Source: Halobacteriovoraceae bacterium (GTDB taxonomy: Bacteria > Bdellovibrionota > Bacteriovoracia > Bacteriovoracales > Bacteriovoracaceae). Taken from it: DNA of 64,000 nucleotides. The position numbers and the translations under genes were made by a program. The DNA is taken from assembly GCA_963719505.1 (NCBI GenBank), contig CAVRCF010000001.1, positions 1,120,001-1,184,000 of the forward strand, in the 5' to 3' direction. A model generated the notes under the pieces. It did no database searches and was not told the origin of the DNA. It saw nothing but the letters and a program-made list of their open reading frames with translations. This document shows, piece after piece, positions 57,869-64,000 of this stretch. The first letter of the stretch is position 1; every line of letters starts with the position of its first letter.

Positions 57869-60465
57869 TGGAAGATAAATATATGTATTTAATTATTGCC
57901 GTTTGCCTTTTATTTGTAATCCCGGTAATAAAGTTACTTGGTTGGCTTTTAAGTAAGATTATTCGTGTTAATCCAATTCATGATAAGAATTATTATGACA
58001 AGATTAATAGAGAGAATAATAACGGGGGAGAGACTCCATATGGGGAGTTACTTACCTTAAGAGATCTTACTGTTATACAAAAGACTCGAAAGGTTTATAA
58101 CTATACAGATAATCTTGGATACCAAAGAAGAGAAGAGAGGGAGATTGAAGAGACTATTTATCCATCTGTTAAGAAGATAAAAAATGGTGTCCAAATCCAT
58201 TTCAGCGAAGAGTTAAGGAATACTGAGTTTACAAAAGATAGCTATACTCGATATATCGCTGATGTTTTTAACCAGAATTCTGTTACTGAGACTAAGAAGC
58301 TCCTAATGGTGAGAACTCCAAATCCATATATTGTTAATTACTTCCAAGTACATCCAGTTAATTACATGTTTAAGACGCCAATTGATGAGGATAGTGAGTT
58401 TAAAGCCAAACTCGATAAAGTATTAGATAAAGACAGCGCAGAACTTCTATTTGGAGAACCTCAAGTTGAATTAAACGTTCCGGATCAGATAGTTTGGCCA
58501 TTAACAGCTTCTCCTCATGTATTAGTTGCTGGTCAGACAAGATCCGGTAAGACTAAGACTATACTTAGTTTTATAACTCAAATTGCTACTGTCTATCCAG
58601 AGTCTAAATTTTTCTTCGCTGATGGTAAGAGTTCACCTGACTATGATCATTCTGCGGAATTTTTATCATCTCTACCTGTAGCAAAACCCCACCATAGTGA
58701 AGATCCATTAGTGAATCTCGCTTACATGGTTGATAAGGTGTGGGCAGAATATGAGAATCGTAAGAGATTATTTGAAGAACTAGCAGTTAAAGGAAATTCA
58801 TGTAGTACCTATATTGAGTATAATAATTATGTAGATGAAAAGCTCCCTCGTGTGTTTTTATTTATTGATGAATTTGCAGCGTTTTGTTTACTTGCCCCAG
58901 ATAAGGTAGCCTCTCTATTAACAGTCAAAGGTACTCTATTTAACAAGATTAGAAGATTGCTCGCAGAATCGGCTTCATATGGGTTTAGTATTATAATAGC
59001 TTCTCAAAGGGTACAAAATACGGATTTCCCAACTGCAATTCGTGATAATCTAACTACGTGGCTTATCCATTCAGTAAATGAGAAAGCTGCTGAATTTCTT
59101 GATCTTAAAGGGAAGGTGGGGAAACTTAAGCCTGGAGCGTTCATATTGAAGATACAAGGTTTAAGGTGTGAAAACTCTGGCGAAGCTAATATCGAATCAA
59201 GATTGCCTTATGTCGGTAACGAGCCTCAAAAGGTTAAGACCTTAAAGAAGGATATAGTTAAAGAATCTTTTGATGAAGATTACATTTATACTACTGGACT
59301 TGATACTGATTATTCCAAGCTTCCTCCTAATTCATTAAAGAAATATGTAAAGAACCTATTTTGTGTAAGAGAAGGTTTTGAAGTTATCAAGAATGAAGAT
59401 GCTGAACATGATCACCTTTCTCTGTTTGTTAAGAAAGGTAATAAGCAATATGCAATTGGTTTCGTTGAAGTAGATGAGCTTATAGATGAAACATTCTATA
59501 CTCGTTTAAATCGATTTCTTTCAGATGAAGAGAAGCTAATGCAGAAGATTTTTTTTGTAAGAGGTAATATTACCTCAAAAGCTAAAGAAACAAATATCTC
59601 TGAACTAGTTGATATGAACGGTGATATCGCCCTAATACAGCAGGATTATGTGCGTAGGCTTAAGAAGGCTAAGAAGCTGTATGATGATGGGGATAGTGAA
59701 GAGATCTTCTCTGCATTACTTGTTGGTATCAAAGCAGATGAGAAGAAAGAAGCTCTTTTAATCGACAAGAAGGATGCTGAGCTAGGAAGTGTTGAGATCT
59801 CTATTAACGAATTAGAAAGGATCAATAATCTCTCAGGATCTTCTGATGCCCAAAAGATAGCTAAAGGGGAGCAGTTTGAGAGATTCGTTCACGCTCTATT
59901 TAGACAAATTGGTTGGACTACATACACCCCAGAACTGCTATTCGCTAAGAGGATCTATAAAAGACCTGGCGATGTTGGGGATTTAGGGCTGGATATGTTA
60001 TTAGCTAAAACAGATACGGATCTCAGAGAACTATCGCAAGAAGAAGCTGATAATAGAGTTGCTGTACAGATCAAGAATTGGAACTCAGCAATTCCGGCAA
60101 AGGTTCTTGGTGAAGTATTGAGATCCTACCACAATTTTAAATGTCTCAAGAATGGAACTCCTATCAAAAAAGGGATGGTTGTCTCAACGTCCACATACAC
60201 CCAATATACAAAGTTAGAGGCTTCAAATCAAGGAATAGAGCTCATAGGATACAATGACCTAAGAAAGCTCGTTATAGACGCTGTGAGGGACGCTCAGAGC
60301 GCAGGAGAAGCACATCAGGCTATCCCTTTTGCTGAGATGGATAGAGATGAGCAAATCCTTCATTTAAACGAGCAAGGACTAAGTTTGAGAGATATCGCTA
60401 CTAGAGTAGGGGTTAAGTCTCCATCTACTGTTAGGAACGTATTGAAAAAAGCGGAGGCTGCATGA
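57868..60465 (+). CDS. TM + FtsK/SpoIIIE ATPase + Mrr-like restriction endonuclease + C-terminal HTH fusion
   Basis: PHVLVAGQTRSGKT, ADGK, FIDEFA, IIASQR; GEQFERFVHALF..GW, GDLGLD, AVQIK, GMVVSTSTYT, GIELIG; GLSLRDIATRVGVKSPSTVRNVL. Confidence 0.85.
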   Translation: MEDKYMYLIIAVCLLFVIPVIKLLGWLLSKIIRVNPIHDKNYYDKINRENNNGGETPYGELLTLRDLTVIQKTRKVYNYTDNLGYQRREEREIEETIYPSVKKIKNGVQIHFSEELRNTEFTKDSYTRYIADVFNQNSVTETKKLLMVRTPNPYIVNYFQVHPVNYMFKTPIDEDSEFKAKLDKVLDKDSAELLFGEPQVELNVPDQIVWPLTASPHVLVAGQTRSGKTKTILSFITQIATVYPESKFFFADGKSSPDYDHSAEFLSSLPVAKPHHSEDPLVNLAYMVDKVWAEYENRKRLFEELAVKGNSCSTYIEYNNYVDEKLPRVFLFIDEFAAFCLLAPDKVASLLTVKGTLFNKIRRLLAESASYGFSIIIASQRVQNTDFPTAIRDNLTTWLIHSVNEKAAEFLDLKGKVGKLKPGAFILKIQGLRCENSGEANIESRLPYVGNEPQKVKTLKKDIVKESFDEDYIYTTGLDTDYSKLPPNSLKKYVKNLFCVREGFEVIKNEDAEHDHLSLFVKKGNKQYAIGFVEVDELIDETFYTRLNRFLSDEEKLMQKIFFVRGNITSKAKETNISELVDMNGDIALIQQDYVRRLKKAKKLYDDGDSEEIFSALLVGIKADEKKEALLIDKKDAELGSVEISINELERINNLSGSSDAQKIAKGEQFERFVHALFRQIGWTTYTPELLFAKRIYKRPGDVGDLGLDMLLAKTDTDLRELSQEEADNRVAVQIKNWNSAIPAKVLGEVLRSYHNFKCLKNGTPIKKGMVVSTSTYTQYTKLEASNQGIELIGYNDLRKLVIDAVRDAQSAGEAHQAIPFAEMDRDEQILHLNEQGLSLRDIATRVGVKSPSTVRNVLKKAEAA

Positions 60466-60875
60466 ACAAATCAGATATAATTGAGAAGATCGAAACTCTT
60501 AAGAGTATGCCTGTTTTTAAGAAAAGGTTCTTGTCTAAAGATGGGTATCTAATTCCCATTAGGCTCACAATCATCAAATCGAACAAGATTAATGCCTGCG
60601 TATACAAACAAGGATCAAGAAGGGATGTCGCCAATATGAACGTTAATTCGTCATATTTTGGTTTAACTGAGAATCAGAAACTTTTCATTATAGCGCATGA
60701 GATGACCCATATTTTACATAGGGACTATTCTTTCATAGGGGCTCATTTACCTATAGTTTCTCGCATTAAAGAGAAAAGGGCAGATATAACAGCCGCCAAA
60801 GTATGTCGAGATATGGGTATTGATATGGGTGAAATTATAGAACTATTTAAGGGGCCACAAAAGAGGAATATTTAG
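60462..60875 (+). CDS. HEXXH zinc-metallopeptidase-like protein (M48/ImmA-like)
   Basis: INAC, FIIAHEMTH, EKRAD; ATGA overlap with the FtsK fusion. Confidence 0.75.
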   Translation: MNKSDIIEKIETLKSMPVFKKRFLSKDGYLIPIRLTIIKSNKINACVYKQGSRRDVANMNVNSSYFGLTENQKLFIIAHEMTHILHRDYSFIGAHLPIVSRIKEKRADITAAKVCRDMGIDMGEIIELFKGPQKRNI

Positions 60876-60939
60876 CAGGATAGCTTCGTTTCTTGAGGAC
60901 TCCCATCCATCTCATTATGATCGATTTCAATACCTCAAG

Positions 60940-61124
60940 GTGTTCATTCAAGTGTCCATTTAGCTGTTCATATCTGTCCAATCCAGATTGAACGGCCGTT
61001 CATTTCAAATTCTAAATTGCTGTAATTACATGAGAATGAACACTTAACAGGTGAAATGAACAGGTTTCAGAGAATATTTGTGTGTGACGGAATATATTGA
61101 TAATTATCGATATATTTTGAACAG
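60940..61124. repeat. Array of TGTYCA boxes, direct then inverted, around a palindrome
   Basis: TGTYCA at 60941, 60953, 60965 and 60975; palindrome TGAACGGCCGTTCA 60989-61002; inverted TGAACA near 61037, 61057 and 61118. Confidence 0.6.
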
Positions 61125-61296
61125 CAGATGTTGGATGAGGGAGAGGAGAGCCTCATATATTAAGCCCTTAGATTATATACATATAAATATTATTTAATTA
61201 GTTGTTTAGTTAGTTGCTTAATGAGCTTACGTAGATCACTGACTCCTATGATCTTTATGTAAGCTCACTAACTTCATACTTACACAACCTTTTGGA

Positions 61297-61893
61297 CTAT
61301 CTTGATTTATCTAGATCAACTCTGTATTCAGTCCCTAGTTTGCCTTCGATCTCGTGATAAGTTAGCACAAAATCTTTTGTCATTATGACCTCTCCAGCTT
61401 GGATTACTTTAGGATTATTAAATCCCTCATTTATAGCTTTCTCTAGTTCTAAAGCATTCTTCCTCTTAACCTTATTGCGCTTCATCCCAAGGCAGTGAAA
61501 ACCAGAACAATCCCATTTCATAAGAGCTTTTTTAGCTTGTTGTTTAAGTGCTTCAACATCAGAAGAATTGTCTATGTAAAGAGAATAGTCATCCAAGGTT
61601 TTATATTCAATATGTTTCACATCTTTATCATGGGTGTAGGTAACTTTCACATTGAATTTCTTTGTTATAACTTCTAACCCAGATCTGATAATTTTGATCT
61701 CCTCTTTGCCTACTTGATCAAGAACTTCTATTTTGTGATTGAGAGTCGTTCTATTTTCATTGTTTATTGTCTCGTAATATCTATCTCTGATCTTCTCATT
61801 TAATGAGTTGCTTACTTCCTCTGGTAGAGAAGAGGTACAACTAGCAAAAAATAGAATTGATATTACACTAAGTAGGTTTCCGATTTTGATCAT
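61297..61893 (-). CDS. Lipoprotein, hypothetical
   Basis: Lipobox FASC; SD AAGGAG; extended -10 TGTGCTATAAT at 61937-61947. Confidence 0.75.
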   Translation of the reverse strand: MIKIGNLLSVISILFFASCTSSLPEEVSNSLNEKIRDRYYETINNENRTTLNHKIEVLDQVGKEEIKIIRSGLEVITKKFNVKVTYTHDKDVKHIEYKTLDDYSLYIDNSSDVEALKQQAKKALMKWDCSGFHCLGMKRNKVKRKNALELEKAINEGFNNPKVIQAGEVIMTKDFVLTYHEIEGKLGTEYRVDLDKSR

Positions 61894-62013
61894 TTATTCT
61901 CCTTTTTGGTTTCGTTATGAAGTGTTGCCTTTTAGTATTATAGCACAGTATGTAACGATGCGTTAGTGTTAATTTAAAATGGTTCTAGTTTCATTATTTG
62001 GAGATAATCAATG

Positions 62014-62288
62014 AAAAGCGACCACCAATAAATTTTATATAAAAAAGCGACCACCAATAAATTTTATATAAAAAAGCGACCACCATTAAATTGTTTAAAA
62101 GCGACCACCTCAAGTGTTTGAAATATCGATCAGGTGATCCATTTTAAAAAGCGACCACTAGTTTTGCTAAGTATTTGATACTACATAAAAGCGACCACCT
62201 TTAATTGGATCTGGTCCGAAAAAAGGACGTAAATAGCCGTAAATATGCTGGATTAGGTGGTCTCACTAATAATTAATAAAAGCGACCA
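62014..62288 (+). repeat. Iteron-like array of AAAAGCGACCAC(C) direct repeats
   Basis: Copies at 62014, 62043, 62072, 62097, 62147, 62187 and 62278 (last one 11 nt); inverted variant 62255-62264; first two units form a perfect 29-bp tandem. Confidence 0.9.
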
Positions 62289-62304
62289 TTAAGAAGAAAT
62301 CTTA

Positions 62305-62829
62305 TTAGAATCTTGGGGGTGGAGAACAAAGAAGTTTTCTTTCCTGATTATCTCCAACACATTCTTTTACATATTTATCGTTATGAAGATTTGGTGTTCT
62401 AGAGCAGTCCCACTCTTGAAGTTGTTTGAAAGCGTAACTTTCATCCAATTTCCAAAAAGTCGTATGAACAGCAAGAGAATATTCGCTCTGATTTTTTTCT
62501 ATTACATAAGTAAACATCTGTTTCTTTGGGTCCACTTTTGTGATCTTATAGAACAATCCTCTTTTTTGATCGATCAAACATTTTCCTACGCTGATTTGAT
62601 TCCACTTCAACATGTCATAAGTATTCTGATACGGTCTATTTGGAAGCTTGTCACCGTCAGTTAGTTTAACTGGGGCGACTCTCGCTTTTTGCTCTTCACT
62701 AGCTCCTAAGAGCGCTGAACCTTCTGGCATATTAACAACTGAAATTTCTGTACACTTACCATCTCGACAAACAATTTCACCGAAAGCAATTGTAGAAGTA
62801 AGTAAGCTAATTAAAATTAATAGTCTCAT
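62305..62829 (-). CDS. Secreted Cys-rich hypothetical protein
   Basis: Signal peptide; six Cys; SD AAGGAG. Confidence 0.7.
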   Translation of the reverse strand: MRLLILISLLTSTIAFGEIVCRDGKCTEISVVNMPEGSALLGASEEQKARVAPVKLTDGDKLPNRPYQNTYDMLKWNQISVGKCLIDQKRGLFYKITKVDPKKQMFTYVIEKNQSEYSLAVHTTFWKLDESYAFKQLQEWDCSRTPNLHNDKYVKECVGDNQERKLLCSPPPRF

Positions 62830-62904
62830 TTGATCTCCTTGTTTCTAGTATATCACAGAAATGTTACAATATGCGTAGTTTTATGTGTTTTTAGCAGTTT
62901 GTAA

Positions 62905-63459
62905 CTAAGCTACAGAACGTTGCCATTCCTCATCTTCGTCATCAAAGTGAGAATCAAGTAAAGTCCCTCTGTAAAAAAGCTCAGGAAAAGCATCCACAAC
63001 GGAATCGATCTCCTCAATTGTAGTGTCTAGGGCAATGATCATGTGATTCAAATCCATTTCAGTCTGTAGTAGCTGGAAAATTTGTCTTTGTTTCGAATTC
63101 AAACGACTAAGGCCTTCTACTGGTATCTCGACAGCTACATCTTTAAACTGTACTGAAGAGAGCGGTGGAACTATCCCTGTTGTTATTGCTATCCTGGAAT
63201 CCCAATCAATGATTCTTTTTATAGCTTCTTCATTAATTAAACTGTTAATAGAAGCGGTGATATGAGTTTCGAGATCAGATTCTTCCGAATCCCAAGTTCT
63301 CAAGCCTAGCCAAATAGCGATATTTCCTAATTGTGAAACTTCTTCTCGATAGAAAGAGTCCTCAATCATAATTGAGTCAGCAATTTTCTGAATCAACGGT
63401 CTAAATTTAGCTAATTGGTTTTTAAAAGTCTCTTTTTCGCTTTTCTTTGAGTTTTTCAC
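62905..63459 (-). CDS. Sigma-70-family sigma-factor-like protein
   Basis: Region 2-like FRPLIQKIA...EEVSQLGNIAIWLGLRTWD...LETHITASI; region 4-like LSRLNSKQRQIFQL. Confidence 0.6.
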   Translation of the reverse strand: MKNSKKSEKETFKNQLAKFRPLIQKIADSIMIEDSFYREEVSQLGNIAIWLGLRTWDSEESDLETHITASINSLINEEAIKRIIDWDSRIAITTGIVPPLSSVQFKDVAVEIPVEGLSRLNSKQRQIFQLLQTEMDLNHMIIALDTTIEEIDSVVDAFPELFYRGTLLDSHFDDEDEEWQRSVA

Positions 63460-63503
63460 ATCTATTCTCCATTAGTTGTATAAAGCCTTATGCTTCGTAT
63501 CCG

Positions 63504-63515
63504 TAATATACCTTT
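63504..63515 (-). promoter_or_regulatory. Element-specific motif AAAGGTATATTA, copy 4
   Basis: Exact 12-mer 44 nt upstream of the sigma-like gene start. Confidence 0.65.
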
Positions 63516-64000
63516 CAAGTTGAAGATCTGTTCAGAGGCTCGTACAGATGCTTCTCATATCAATATACATGCTCTGAAAGCTCCATATCGGCTTATACAG
63601 GCCTTTCAGAGGCTTTCTTTGTGTTTGGGCTTGGACTAAGGCTCTAAAAGGCTTATATATAGCTTCTAGAGATGATTTGATGTTGCTCTTTCGTTTTATG
63701 ATATTATCTCTAAATTAGAGGTAATTTTTTGGGTTGATCGGGAGAATGTTGGAGATACTCAGAAAATGCTCGTTTTTGAGCTAAGTTATTGAAAATATTC
63801 GTTGTCTTTAACATAATGATACTTATCTAATAATACACTCACTTTAATCTTATTATTACACCTCATCTCTAATTTATTATTCCTCATTTATATATCTACC
63901 ACTAAACCTTTTTTTTCAGGGATTTTCACTTTTGACGATAAATTTACGCTACTAATTTGTAGCTAGAATCTATATCGTAAAGAGCTCTCATTGTATCTAC

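Larger units (their letters stand above)
47912..64000. mobile_element. Integrative element (prophage, satellite or ICE-like) inserted at tRNA-Arg; right end outside the window
   Basis: Integrase directly after the tRNA; abrupt switch to phage/plasmid-type and orphan genes; no duplicated tRNA 3' end seen in the window. Confidence 0.85.

Noticed and set aside
62011-62031. Mini-ORF MKSDHQ with GGAG SD at the start of the iteron array
   Set aside because: Six codons built from the repeat itself; no independent support
62014-62288. Repeat array read as a CRISPR array
   Set aside because: The repeat is only 12-13 bp, spacing is irregular (25-91 bp), the first two spacers are identical, and no cas genes are visible
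48010-64000. Alternative genetic code (TGA = Trp) in the element
   Set aside because: The integrase and FtsK fusion end in TGA within ATGA overlaps and TGG is used for Trp; only one gene is interrupted

Overview
AT-rich bacterial chromosome segment. The gene content (many secreted hypothetical proteins, a Tad/Flp pilus cluster, a kdsB-pyrG-kdsA-kdsC block, sigma28- and sigma54-type promoters) suggests a Bacteriovorax/Halobacteriovorax-like member of Bdellovibrionota; this is inference, not a database result. Positions 1-47.8 kb are mostly core genes. Two probable small genes missed by the ORF track lie here: an Flp pilin (29338-29517) and a 43-aa basic protein antisense inside the secretin ORF (27534-27665). 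A tyrosine-integrase element starts at tRNA-Arg(TCT) (47835-47911) and runs off the right edge. It carries secreted Cys-rich paralogues, two divergent orphan AbiEi-like antitoxins (one broken by a single in-frame TGA), a second tyrosine recombinase, an HNH nuclease and a T5 A1-like metallophosphoesterase. It also has an operon of small membrane proteins, a TM-FtsK-Mrr-HTH fusion and an HEXXH protein, two non-coding repeat arrays (TGTYCA boxes; AAAAGCGACCAC iterons with IHF-like sites) and a sigma-70-like gene. An exact 12-mer, AAAGGTATATTA, lies in the sense orientation upstream of four element genes, including the sigma-like gene. The best candidate for an undescribed system is a self-transcribing integrative element with its own -10-only sigma/promoter pair and a TraB/clt-like FtsK-nuclease DNA-handling module. 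All family assignments come from reading motifs by eye; no searches were run.
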